A DNA stretch of 64,000 bases. Source: Leptogorgia sarmentosa. Its lineage: Eukaryota. Position numbers and translations under genes: made by a program. This document shows, one piece after another, positions 44,798 to 57,446 of the stretch; position 1 is the stretch's first letter, and each line of letters begins with the position of its first letter. Location: NCBI GenBank assembly GCA_964658305.1, contig OZ210885.1, positions 11,532,001 through 11,596,000 on the forward strand, in the 5' to 3' direction. The notes below the pieces were generated by a model. It searched no databases, was not told the origin of the DNA, and saw only the letters and a program-made list of their open reading frames with translations.

Positions 44798-47700
44798 AAT
44801 TTGTGTTAGTTGAAATAAAGTTCGACAGTCCCATCCGATTGGTCCCCGGTTGACCCACAAGGACCGCCACACTGGTCAGGTGTTTTGGGCGATATCACAG
44901 TTCTTGATTTTAGAGTCCAGGTCTCAACAAACAAAAGTTTTGATGGCACAAGAGCAGACTGGTAAGAATACACAAACTAATAATTTCTTGTTAACCATGC
45001 GCAAAGTCAGCACCGAGCTCGTCTTTTGTACCGACAGTGCACGTAATGCGAGTTATAACAGGAAAATGATTATCTCATACGAACATATGATTGAAACTTT
45101 AACACTTTCTATCATATCAAGCAACTTTCCAATAAAGAATACCGAATGGTTTTCCGTGCAGGATTGCGTCATTCATGCACGTGGGATGTGGCGACTTTCG
45201 GAAAGCGTAAAAAATCACGAGCCGCAGGCGAGTCACTTTCCGAAACTCAAGCCACATCCCAAGTGTATGGATAACGCCATCCTGCACGGAACAATCATTT
45301 GGTAATTGTTTTATAAAATAACTACAGTGAAACAAGGGAAAACGTCAATTTCTTTTATTCCGTTACTGTCAAATTTTCGTATTTTACTTTAATTTTATTG
45401 CCGACATTTTAAAAATCCCGTGACTCGTGAGCATTATGCTCGTGAGTAAGCATTCAGAATTTTCCAAGCTGGATACTGGGCAGGATTGTCTGATCTTGCA
45501 GGACTATTGATCAATCAAACTGCGTGTTTCACTGTAGTTATTATGCAACAGACTTTCACGGGCGAAAACAATTTACTCGATAAGCGGGGTGACGTTATAA
45601 CGTGATCAATAAGAGCATAACTGAATCATTAGGCATTCGAAATATTTTCTTGTCAACAGAGATAACTTTTCCCAAATGAAGAGTCCCCTAGTCTGCAAAC
45701 AAACTTATAAGGATCGATGGTCTAATGTTGTATCTGTAAAACATTGCTGAAGTGAAAAGATTTTAGAAAATACGACTAAGAGATGACCACGTCTGAAGTT
45801 CAGTAAGGTTTGCTGATAATGCTGTAAATATGACGACCGTTGCAAACATCATTGGTAATTTTACTTTTATTGACAAATATTCTATAATAATTCCATAGTT
45901 GTAAACCAGCAAATACAACTAAAAATTTACACTAAAGTTAAAACAAAATCATTTTCAAATATACAGTAGCCTCTTATATTAATTAGGCGAATTGCTGAAC
46001 ATTTCCAGATATGTTCACCGTTTAACTTATATTCAGTGATACTGTCACACAGCTATTTCCTGCGGAAGCCTGGACAGGTATATTTTAATTACTGACAATA
46101 GGGATATTGAATAATGAATGAGGTAAAATGTATTAAACATTGAATCAGAAATAATCAAATTCCATGCATCTCAGAAAATATGATGCCTGCGTCTATTATC
46201 AAATCAATGACTTTCAAAAATTTTCAGTAACGCGCCGATATAGAAATTTACCGATTTTCCGACACTGATATTCTAGGGAACGATATTGTCCCATACACCA
46301 TGCAACAAGTCAACTACCACTTTCAATATCCTATTTTGCTTCGAATTTCACAACTAAAGGCTGCATTGTCGTTACCCGTTTTTACACGTACGTCTACACT
46401 CGTGAAAGTCTAAATCTCTCTATATTTCATTTTATTAATAAAATGCCTTTAGAAACACATACTACATCATTCAAAGTATGAGATGCTTTACATTTATTCA
46501 TGTGATTGCATGGAAACTAAAGTTGAAATCAATTTCACTAATTTTTACACGTACGTACGTACGAAAAACGCGTAACTGGAAAACAGCCGTAAGATTTACT
46601 CTGAAAATTTCATCTTAAGTATCAGTTAAGAACGACCCACACTTAAATAAATATAGCCATTGATCGCTGATAACTTGGAAATGGTGAAAAATCAAGTACC
46701 TACTGGCTAAGCATGAGGAGTGCACGGTAAATATCAAACCGAGGCCAATGTCAAGACATGAAGACCGAGATTTGAAAGTTAACCATACAGACGAAACAAT
46801 CGAAGTCAACGAAAAGACGAAGTCTGCCTATTTCCGTACGGAACTGGCACTCAATTTTTTGCACTATCTTTCTTTTCACGTAGATTCTGTAATAAGAAAA
46901 TTTTAAAAAATGCGAGAGGTTGGGACAGGCGGGATGCATTACATTTTGCCAAAGGTACGTGACGAAAACTGAGCTAATCACGAGTACGAAATACTCTATC
47001 AAGGGTGTCTATCCTGTGGGGTCCCCAAATTTTTTGCTTCGGGGGACGACTATATAACTGTCCCCCACTGTTTACCATTTCTCGTTTTCTTTTACTTGTG
47101 ACAATAGTAATTATAAAAGTTATACAGCAATATAATACTTAATGAAAGCGATCTATGATTCGTACACCTAAATGATCTTACCAAAGTGGTAGAGTTAAGG
47201 TTCTGAAATGGGCGTTTCCGGCCATCTAGAGGTTTTAAATGTTCACAATTTTCTGATTTAGCCCAAACCTTGGTAACGCCTTGTGAGAAGTTGGGTCCTT
47301 ACAACTAGGTTGAAAACGTTCCTATATCCTTCCTGGAGTACTTGCAGGATGGTACTTGTAAGAAGGATGCAGAAACGTTTTCAACTCCAAAAAAATCAAA
47401 ACCCACACCCCAAGTTTGGGAATGTATTGTCGTCCTTGTATTCTACACATTGTGCGTATTACGTAATAATTTCACAGCAACATTCAAACATTTTTCAATA
47501 TCTCTACTTTTGAGATTCCCGAACTACCTGAATGGTGGTTGTTTTGGTAAAAATTGTCATAGTCGAATATTAGCCTACAGGTTGTCCCAAAAAGCCCGAA
47601 AACCTTTGAAACTAGTGCATTGTTTCAATTTGAATGCCCCAGCAATAACCTAACACTAAAGCTAAGCTAATTTTGCAAGCCATTATTTCAATCTATTCAA

Positions 47701-49010
47701 AATTTGGTTTTAATCAAGTATATCAGTCTCAATTTCTTAATTACTTTTTACGAATTTTTTCGAGTTCAAATTGAAAGGGCTTTCAAATTCCAACAATGCG
47801 TTAATTTCAATGGTTTTGGTTTTTTGAGTCATTATTTTACTTTATATATATTTTAGAGCATTTTGTCATAGCAAGAAATATTGATATTGCTACTCCACAT
47901 ATCCTTGTTTTCACGTTTAATATTCATTTCAGACAATGTTGCAATTTCTCTTAAGTCTTCAACCTTTTGGTTGCAGTTCTTTTGAATGCGAGGATAACTT
48001 ATTAAGACGAAGGAAGCAGACCCGACCTCCTGCCAGGCCAACACAAACCATTCCATTTGAGCCACATGCTATGGCTAAAACATCGCGGTCGAAATGAAAC
48101 TCTTCAACACACTCTCCATTTGGTAGGTTCCACAGTTTCAGCGTCTTGTCACGTCTGGAGCACGACAAGAGAAATTCACTTCCAGGCGCTAATGCCAACG
48201 CTCTGATCCATTCAGAATATTGAATTGGAAATCTGTGGAGAACCTTTCCAGTTATGAAGTTCTCAATTACCGAAGAACCACGGCCTAAAAATGTGATTTA
48301 AAATTTTTAAATCTGTTAAGGCAATGTTACGCGAGGCAATTTTTGCGATCAATTTTGGATTGATAGCCATGTTTTATATTTATAGTGGCTGTTACGAAAG
48401 AAAGATTTTGATCGCATATCATGCCCAATGTTCTTTTTTTCCGAGGTAATTTTCGGTACAACGTGAGACGTATTTTAATTTGGATTAGCAGCCATTTTAT
48501 CTAACCTGGCGCATGTCACGCGAATCAATTTTTGCCATCACTTGCGAGCTGATCTTGGATTGTTAGCCGTGTTATCTAACGGCTACGTTATACAGAATAA
48601 TTATTTTGCCAATATTTGTGACGCAATTTTAGCTTCATAATGATTTATGTTGCAGGTATGTTACCAAAAGGAATTTGTCGCAACTGGCAATTCAATTTCG
48701 AGTACCGAGCCGCCTCTTTAACAGGCGCTTTTATGCTTTTAATAGAAATTAGTAATAGGTGCGGGCGTAAATTTAGGGATGCGCGTCTTGACACCGTAGT
48801 CTTGACACCTCAACTTTCCCGCAAGTGTCAAAACTGCCCGCGCATCTCTGACTTGGAGCCCGCACAAATTCCTAATTTCTATTAAAAGCATAAAGCGCCT
48901 GTGGGGAAGGTAGGGTCCAGAGGTCACGTTATATAAGTTTCTGTCTCAAAAATTGTTCACGTATACTGCAACCAAACTCGCTTTTCACAATTCTTTACAT
49001 AACATATTAA
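44798..49010 (-). repeat. Right arm of inverted segmental duplication
   Basis: Reverse complement of about 8900-13245. Homology ends at ccaacacaaattaa (13232-13245) / ttaatttgtgttag (44797-44810). Confidence 0.9.
47959..48284 (-). CDS. WD40-repeat protein paralog B, terminal exon
   Basis: ttttag|GC acceptor. 326 nt like paralog A. ALALAPGSEFLLSCSRRDKTLKLWNL...KELQPKG* is near-identical to 9603-9928. Confidence 0.85.
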
Positions 49011-50044
49011 GTAGGGAATATTAGTAGAGTAAACAGGGACTTATTTGCAAATATTTTCAGCGAGTCTCGTCTAAATAACATAGCATTAAATCCGACGTTT
49101 CGTAACATGCAGCTAAACTCCTTGATCCAAGGGTCAATTAGTCAGGAAATATTGCTGACCCATATAGCCGATGTGGAAACATGCCTATCTATCAGGTGAT
49201 CTCAACATACGAAGAAGGACTGCGACTAGATGTCGCGTAGCATACCATTTTTCGATTGAAACAAATGAATTTCTGCCATTATATACTTTATTTTGATTCA
49301 ATATTTTTGTCAGAGCTATAGTTTCCATAACCAAACATAATTACAAAATTTCAACAAGTTTCATGCAGAACAACGGACCGAAGATATAATCGAGTGAATA
49401 TAGCGAAATGGATTTCTATTTCGACAACCCTTTCTGAGTGTTGACTGGCTAAGACACGAACCACTGAGCTAAAGAAAGACTGCAGAGAGTGCTCGTATCA
49501 ATTTTCTCATAAAGGAGTGAGGCTTAATTGCAGGATTCGCGTAATCCAGTGTTTCTCAGATCAGTGGGTGATCTATCCACGACAGGTCTTCCAACTTGCC
49601 TTGGGAATTTATTTTCCCGGGTGAAAATTGCCGGGCGGACTTAGCACCCTCGCCAGGCCTTATTCTCGTTCGCTCAGGGAAAATGCATACAGACTAAGCT
49701 GTGGGTAATGCTCAAAGTTTCCGTGCGAATACTTCTTAGATAACATAGTTGCAAGTCAAACGGGTAATGCACGTGGTGTTACGTGAGGTTAAGCCTACTG
49801 GAATGCCGTATATTCGCAGGGGAGGTTTCGCATTCGGAGGTTCAAAATGCAGCATGTTCGCATGTTACTTCCATTTCTTGGATAACTTCTTGTTGGTTTG
49901 AAAAGACTCGTGTCCAGGCAGTTGTGCAGTGGACGGAGAAACAAGGACGTGGACGGAATGTCGGAGAGTAAGGCTGTGCTGATACTAGAACAATTGCGCA
50001 ACCACACGTTGTTGCAATTGAGATTAAAAAATGAAATAAATTAC

Positions 50045-50288
50045 CTAAAATAGCCACATGGCTGCCAGAATTGTTCACCCTTAAAACTCTTCTGGTAAAA
50101 AGTTCACAATTCTCGTCGTACCGCTCTTTGTTCAGTTTCCACTTTATGAACCGTGTTTTCTCGTCAGCTCCATACTTGTAAGAATAAACACAAAAAAGGA
50201 AGTTCTGGGCCACGCGAATTGTTTCAATTCTATCCCTCACAAATGGTCTGTAACGATGCACAATTCCTTTGGCATTTATCCGCGCAAC
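50045..50288 (-). CDS. WD40-repeat protein paralog B, penultimate exon
   Basis: ttttgacag|GTT acceptor and TTAG|gtaa donor. 244 nt, keeps phase. VARINAKGIVHRY...LRVNNSGSHVAIL is homologous to 5652-5901. Confidence 0.8.
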
Positions 50289-52389
50289 CTGTCAAAATAA
50301 TTATTTACTGCTTAATACAACATTGGTTATTTTCTCAGCAAAATAAGATGAACGACTTCCGATTTTTAACACTTATGATTATGTATTTAAAATTGCTAAG
50401 TTTGTTTGCTTCGTTGGGTGAAACTGTAATATGTGCGATGCACAAGTGGTATTTCAACAAACATATATGCAATTAATACTGCGTGGTTTTGGTTGTTTTT
50501 AAAATCAACGCAGGCTCGGAACGCTGTAATTAATAAAAATAGTTAGTACACGCCTATGTAATTAATGTTTAATTCGTACAGTTCTTGAAAGTTTTGACAA
50601 TCAACGGAATTGACCGCAATGATATCAATATAAGAATTGACTGTATTCACAATGTTGACATTAATTATCCTCTTTTCAAACTGTTTATTACGCACCGGGT
50701 TAACTTGTTACACATGCAATATTAGTGGGATGCAGTTGCATTGGTGTTTACTTCAGTTTAATATGATGTGTTGAATTATATAATTCGCTTCATAATTTAC
50801 GCCTAGGTATATCTATTTTCCCGGTAAATTGCTGTAACATTTTAGATTTTATATTAACTTTGGTGTCAGCAATGAAACCCCACGTTAGAAAGGATTTTTC
50901 ATAAGGATTTCATTGGTGTTGGTGGTGTTTCAGGGGTTAAATAGATTTGATGAAATTCGCATTCGAAGTTAAAAGCATATAATATTGTAACTAATCTGTG
51001 CGTCGAGAAAGTCTGTTTAACCCTAACAGAAAGGATTGCGATTATTACAAAAATACGATATAGTAATAAAACTACATGACCATATGAAACCATGATACAG
51101 AAGATCAAGATATTTTAAAACTTGATTCAATGATTTTTAACCGAAAATACATTTCATACTGACACCAAAAGGCACACAGTATAAGAGTGAGATATTTTCC
51201 ATTTCTTCATTTGGGAAGATATCGATCACGTGATCCTTTCCCGGCAATAAATTTGAGTTTTTAAAATAGCGACGCTTGTGCAAGAGCCGCGAACCAATCT
51301 TCATGGTAGTTTAATAAAAAAAAAGAACATGCTTTTGACGAAAAAATGAAAATACTCGCAGAAAATAGTAAAATTAATGATGCACAGGTTATCTTTAAAT
51401 TTCGATATGATGTAATTAGCTGAAATTTTTAATTTTCAAATAATCAGGTTTACTGACTGGGGGTTATTAATATTTGCGACTGTATAATAAAGAGTCGCAA
51501 AATATTGTTTTCGCCAGTCGAATATCAAATTCATGTATTGCATCGCCGTGTAATATCTAGTATACGTATAGAGTATGATATGTCTAGAACGCAGACAACG
51601 GGCTGCACATATTAAATTTTTTACCTATGTGGCTGCCTGTGTTCCTGTATTTGACAGGGTGTATAAAGGAAAAGATTACAACTCAAATATTTTCTAAACG
51701 AACGCGCAAAATGTGCAAAAACTTTCAGTTAGCCTACGGTGTAAAACCCTCGTGCGTTAGCAATAAGTAAGAAATGCGTTGCTGAACGCAGTTCAAAAAT
51801 ACCTTGCGGACAAAAGAGTTTTATTTTCACGATTTTAATCGGGTGTTAATAGACCAAGTGCTTTTTGAAATAGAAAGTATTAGCTGCTGAGAACACACAG
51901 AAAGGACACAAATTGGGTGTGGGTGAAATGCGTCATGGGGATGAAGTACTCCTGTATAACAATAACAAGATATTATACACGTATTCATAGGAATACCAGG
52001 AATACCAGATAATGAAACCAAGATCACCTTCAGACATTTTTGGTTAAGGAACCCAGCAGGGTACATATAGGCCCGCTAGGAGACTGGACGCCATAGGGGT
52101 TAAGATCCCCATCCGGCAATGTAAGGGGGTTAATATCCCAGCTAACATTAACCTGTCCAAGGGGTTAAGATCCCCTTGGACAGTTCCTAGGAATTAATTA
52201 CATTGAATAATTGAGTGTATGGCCTGAAAGTGATCATTGGGAGTATTTCAACCCCACAAATACACGGAAAGTGTATTCCCCATTGACGAACCCATATTTT
52301 TTGTTTTTAGTTTTTCGTTTTGTTTTGTTTTTTCGAATAAATTTTTTACGAACTCGTAGTTTTGACCAACACGGCAGATACTCCTGATA

Positions 52390-52990
52390 AGGTCGACGTT
52401 GGTGTTTTGGTGTTTTGATCTTTCGTAACAGTCTGAGGACCACCGCCCTAGGGTTTTGATGAGCCATGCAGGTAGGTCTGCTTTAGCAGCCGTTGTAGCA
52501 GCACCAATCCGGTAGCTATGGCTGGCATAATTTGATGCATTCAACCCCGCCTGGTTAAAGCAGCTTTCGGATTTCAAAGGTTAGATTTTGCTTAGTAAGA
52601 GGTTTTCCAGATGCAAAAATAAAGAGCGGCCCAGTTACTGTTGGACGTAGCCGGGTGTAGTTTAGCATGACTTGCACTGGACAGACTTCGGAGTATGTAG
52701 CGCCTATTGTTATTGTATGACCCAGGCGGAATGGATCGGTCTTAGATTCCTTGATAAGGAACGTCATGAATTGAGGTGTTTGCCACCACTATTCGGTGAA
52801 AAATGAATACATTCTCTGGTCAGGTGTATATCTGGGTTGAACTTAGAGTGGCAAGTTAATTCTCCAAGACGGAGAAAGCCAAAAAATGCTAATGTAATAG
52901 TAGCCCAAACCAACTTAGAGTCAAAGGACTGTGTGAACGGAACGCCAAGCAACATTTGAAATAGGTTAAGGTGGTTAATTATTATGGGTA
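52390..52990 (-). mobile_element. DIRS/Ngaro-type tyrosine recombinase remnant (frameshifted)
   Basis: WATITLAFFGFLRLGELT (catalytic R), SKTDPFRLG (K), HSYRIGAATTAA (HxxR) and LGRWSSDCYER (W/Y). Confidence 0.88.
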
Positions 52991-53030
52991 GCCGTAGCTA
53001 TTTTCCGTTTCGTAAACCGCCAGGGTCACC

Positions 53031-53435
53031 AGTTACAATCAGTGTCACCACTTTTAAAATACGTCACATCCGGCTTTAAATCTAGTAATACATGAAGTCC
53101 ATTTATTCTTATAAATAGCCGCTTTTTAGCCGATTTTCAGCGAGCAAACTGCTAGCGTGTTTGGTTTGTACTGCACTCGACGTAGCTTAAGCGGAGCCGG
53201 GCGAAGGTTGCTTTCACTTGCAATACTTTCGATTTATTTCCTTTTGGAAAAATTTGAAAACATTTTTTTAAAACCCTAAACTGCTTTTAGTGTTTAGAGT
53301 TAGACTGTTATAAGGTTAGGGTTAGCTTTAGCGTTTGGGTTTAGTTTAATTTATAAGAATAAATGGACTTCATGTATTACTAAATTTAAAGCCGGATGTG
53401 ACGTATGTTAAAAGTGGTGACATTGATTGTAACTA
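53031..53435. mobile_element. MITE with about 85-bp terminal inverted repeats
   Basis: AGTTACAATCAGTGTCACCACTTTTAA...GAAGTCCATTTATTCTTATAAA is inverted at 53350-53435. Confidence 0.75.
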
Positions 53436-53578
53436 CTTTTGTGCACGGATGTCATCAGCAGATTATTAAAATAAATTGGTAATATAAAAAGTTATTTGCT
53501 ACATTAAACTCCGGTCTTTGCCCTCAAATTAAACGTACGTGAATATATAACTTGCAAAATTTAGACCTTGCTTTCATA

Positions 53579-56500
53579 CACAGTAAATTTTGGGGGGTAA
53601 AAATTACTCTGAAGCTGGGTAAATTTTACCCTTTCTACTGTAGTAAATTAATTTAGGGTAAAAATTACTCTAATACTTAGGGTAAAATTCAACTGTCATC
53701 GTGATTTCACCCCCTTCAAAGGTGTAGTTGTGAAATCATCACTAACTACCCCTGCTAGGGTAAACGATGGGGTAAAATTTACCCCAATTTACAGGGTGAA
53801 GGTACCTAGGTAGAGTTACCCCATACGGGTTGGGTAACATGAAAACTTTCAAAATGGCGGATTTCAAGGAGTTACACTACGAGTGATCTTTTATATTATA
53901 AACATGAAAGTCAAATCAACATGGAAAGACAAAATTAAATACCAATTTTGCTAAGGCTTGATGTATTATTGAATCTGAGAAAAGGTAGGTTAACAATTCT
54001 ACATTAAATAGACAAAATATTACAGGTGTATTACGGAGAATGGCAGTTATATAAACTAATAATTAAATTTACACAAACAAGTAAAGTTTCCAGCTTTGTA
54101 CTGTGAAACGACCACTTTGGCATTAATTATTGTAGAATACAATTACACTAACAATATCCTTGTACAAAAAACAAATAGTGAAACAAAATCTTAATTGATA
54201 CAGCCTTATTTATATAATCACAATAAGCCTTAAAAACCAATATATAACTATTTCGGAATGTTCATGCTCCAATTTTCTGTACTAGATTGATTTATATTTC
54301 ATGGTGGGAAAAAGAAGGCTTTAGGTTGTTGAATTGCACAAGGACATGAGTGCCGTGGTATGATTAGAAGTTATTATCCAGAATCAAATTTTGTGTAACT
54401 AGGTAACATGCAAATTTAAGTGATTATAAGTTCTTTAATTTTGCAACACATATTACATCTTGAACTTATCCTTATAATTGTTGTAGAATGTTAAGAAGAA
54501 GAATGAAGAATGTTAATGTATTTTTGAACATTGTATTTATGTAACCAAAAACTACCAGAACTTTACATATGACTTAGCCATGGAGGCAGAGTCTCCTATC
54601 AACCTGCACTCAACTAATTATGTGTAATTATAATAATCACTTGAAAAACGTTAGATGTACACAATGAGGACTGCTAGACAGTAATCATGCACTGACATTC
54701 ACCTTTGTCTGCTGGTAATATGCTGTTCATTCAAGTGGTAATGAAAGCAGGAATGCCACCAGAAAATTTTAACCAAAAGTTCCAATATTGCAAGAACTTT
54801 ATATACATCTCTCAGGAACTACTGGTATTAACTGCTAATCCTCCTAATATACTGCAAACACAACACCTCCCTGAAGTGTGGGAGACTTTAAAGGCTGAGT
54901 GGATCCCTCTCCCCTAAAGAAGAATTCTGAAAGTATGTGAATGATAATAGCTGGGTGTGAATGATAACACTGTACCATTATTATTTTAGACAATAAAAGC
55001 AAAAGTTCTAGAACACTAGCACACTAGTAGAACTTTGGTTGCCTATTGTTGTCATCTACTGAATACACTTGTTACACATTTAGGATTACCAACATAGCTA
55101 TCATCACATTTGCATGCTCACAGCCTAATCCCCCATCTCTAAAATGTTACAGTGCATATGACACAAATGTTGGGTTCTCTTGTTGAATACAGCGAAAATC
55201 TTCAACGAAAGAACTCCTTTTTGAAAAATGCCTTACAAGACCTTCAAGAGGCAATTGCCCAGGACCCAGGAAAGACTCAAGGTATAGACTTAGCTAAGTT
55301 AATATATATATATATATATAGCTACTTTAGTTTATATTAAACAATTATTCAATGAGATCGAGTAAGATAAATTATATGGGGAATTATTAAGGCAGAGGTT
55401 TGTGTTATTTGCCGAAGCCGAAGGCTGAGGCAAATACAAACCGAAGCCTTAATAATTCAGCATATCCTACGAGAACCGAATTCAATAATTGTTTTATTAT
55501 TTATTTGTATCTTAATCAGACTTAGGGTAAACGCATCGTACATATGAACATTTCTTTGAGAAAGCCATTTGTATTTTTGAGCTTTTGGCATAAGCAACAT
55601 AAATTAGTCGACGTCATAATGTCATATAATTTTCAATATACGACATAACTACGTCATAATGTCGTACATGAGGATTTAATGCACTGCTCTTAACCAATCA
55701 AAACTCTTGAATTATTTGAAATAAATAATAAATCTGATTATGATTAGCAAATTGCTGAAGTATAAACGCAACGGATTCGAGAAATTGCATTCATTTCAAA
55801 TAACAGAAACGTTATACTGAATAAAGCAACAAAGCCTGTTGTTTTTATACCACTGTTATCCCCGATATATATAACAGTATGTTCATAAGACTGAATTATT
55901 TTTTCTTTTACAGCATATGAAAATACGTTTGCGTTGATGGTGCTTCCTAAATTACTAGAGAAAAAAGCTGGAAAACAAGATAATGAATTGATCAAATTAT
56001 TATCGGTCAGTATAATACCCTTTACCTTCGATATAGACGGCCTGTTCACACCGCGGTACTGTTTATTTTTGTACGCCACCAACCTCACAATCTATAGCTA
56101 TACCATTTTAATCAACACTTGCATGCGTAATACTGGTAGCCTATACCTATTTACGTACTAAGATAATGAACACATATAGGTTCGTAAAATTAACGTATAT
56201 TATTGTATTCCCTGTACTATTTATAGGAAGATGATGATTTTGAGGACGAAATAAGGAAGACAAAATCCCCTACCATCATAGGTATAGCAGAAAATGTAAT
56301 GAAAGTTGATCGTTTGGCCCTTGCCATTGAAGGGCAAACACTTTTGAACGGAACAGGTTTTCCGTTCGAAAGCGTTTTTTTCGCATTACATCAATGCTTC
56401 TACGTATTCAACTTGGAATACCCTAGGGAGTACAAAAATCTTTTCGGTTTCCTCGACAACGTGCTTCTCGGGTTGAGTACCTCAGGTCGAGTTGGGTGCT

Positions 56501-57105
56501 CATCCATAGCCAATTGTATAACATTACAAAAATTTGTGCAAAAGCTGAATGATTTAACAAATATAGATTAAGTTAAGCTTTATACACACCGTTCCGTCGA
56601 TGAAAGTACGTTTTAAACTTGTAACTTACAGCAGGCACGTTAACCTGCATGCATGCTATTGAAATAAGTTATTGCATGTAACTATGTGTATATATCATGT
56701 AAATGAAAATAATTGTGTGTAAATACCTAAATTTATATATTTTTTATCTATATTTTGTTAATGTATTTATAGAAGTAAATACCTAATTTATATATTTTTA
56801 TCTATATTTTGGTAATGTATTTATAAATAAACTACGCGTTAGCATTTATCTTATTCGTTTTGTTATTGGAAAAAAATCCAATCAAGTAATTTCACCCCTA
56901 AATGTGGTGAAAAATATTTCACCCCAAATTGGGGTAGCTTGTGAATAAACCTCTGTATATGGGGTAATTTTTACCCCACTTGCGAATTGCCCACCAGGGG
57001 TAATTTTTACCCCCATAAGATTTTCCCTCAAAAAACGGGGCGTTCTGTGGACATTCAGTTGCCCTCGTTTTTCGGGGTAATTTTTACCCCTAAAAATTTA
57101 CTGTG
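53579..57105 (+). mobile_element. EnSpm/CACTA-superfamily non-autonomous element (3.5 kb) with accessory-ORF exons
   Basis: TIRs CACAGTAAATTTT..GGGGTAAAAATTAC / GTAATTTTTACCCC.AAAAATTTACTGTG, flanked by TA. Subterminal GGGGTAA..TTACCCC repeats. Internal exon 56227-56571 reads FFALHQCFYVFNLEYPREYKNLFGFLDNVLLGL. Confidence 0.85.
55339..55731. mobile_element. Hairpin-ended non-autonomous element nested in the CACTA element
   Basis: AAACAATTATT...GCCGAAGCCGAAGGCTGAGGC...AATAATTGTTTTATTATTTAT hairpin, with a terminal ATAAATAATAA inverted repeat. Confidence 0.6.
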
Positions 57106-57161
57106 TAGGGGTGCAAATTCTATACACTTGTTTAGCAAATTAGGATAATCAGCAGTACATG

Positions 57162-57278
57162 CAGTAGAATCCCGCTATCTCGAACTCTCAATTATAACGA
57201 GGGTTGATATATAAATGAACTATGAGTTTCAGTGAACGGGAGTCTCGAGATAACCAAGTTAGAGATAGCGGGATTCTC
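57162..57278. mobile_element. Tc1/pogo-type MITE (second partial copy from about 60562)
   Basis: CAGTAGAATCCCGCTATCTCGAACTC / GAGATAGCGGGATTCT termini. Confidence 0.65.
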
Positions 57279-57290
57279 ATGCATATAGCT

Positions 57291-57446
57291 ACAATCTTGG
57301 ACAAAAGTTATTGTAACACCAATCCCCTCCCCCCGAATTCAATGTTGTCATGTAGAAAATTCCGGTTTCAACATTGATTTGGGGGATGGGGTGTTACAAC
57401 ATTGATATTGGGAGTGGGGTGTTACAACACTTTTGTCCAAGATTGT
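57291..57446. mobile_element. MITE (second partial copy at about 60091-60197)
   Basis: ACAATCTTGGACAAAAG / CTTTTGTCCAAGATTGT TIRs. Confidence 0.7.
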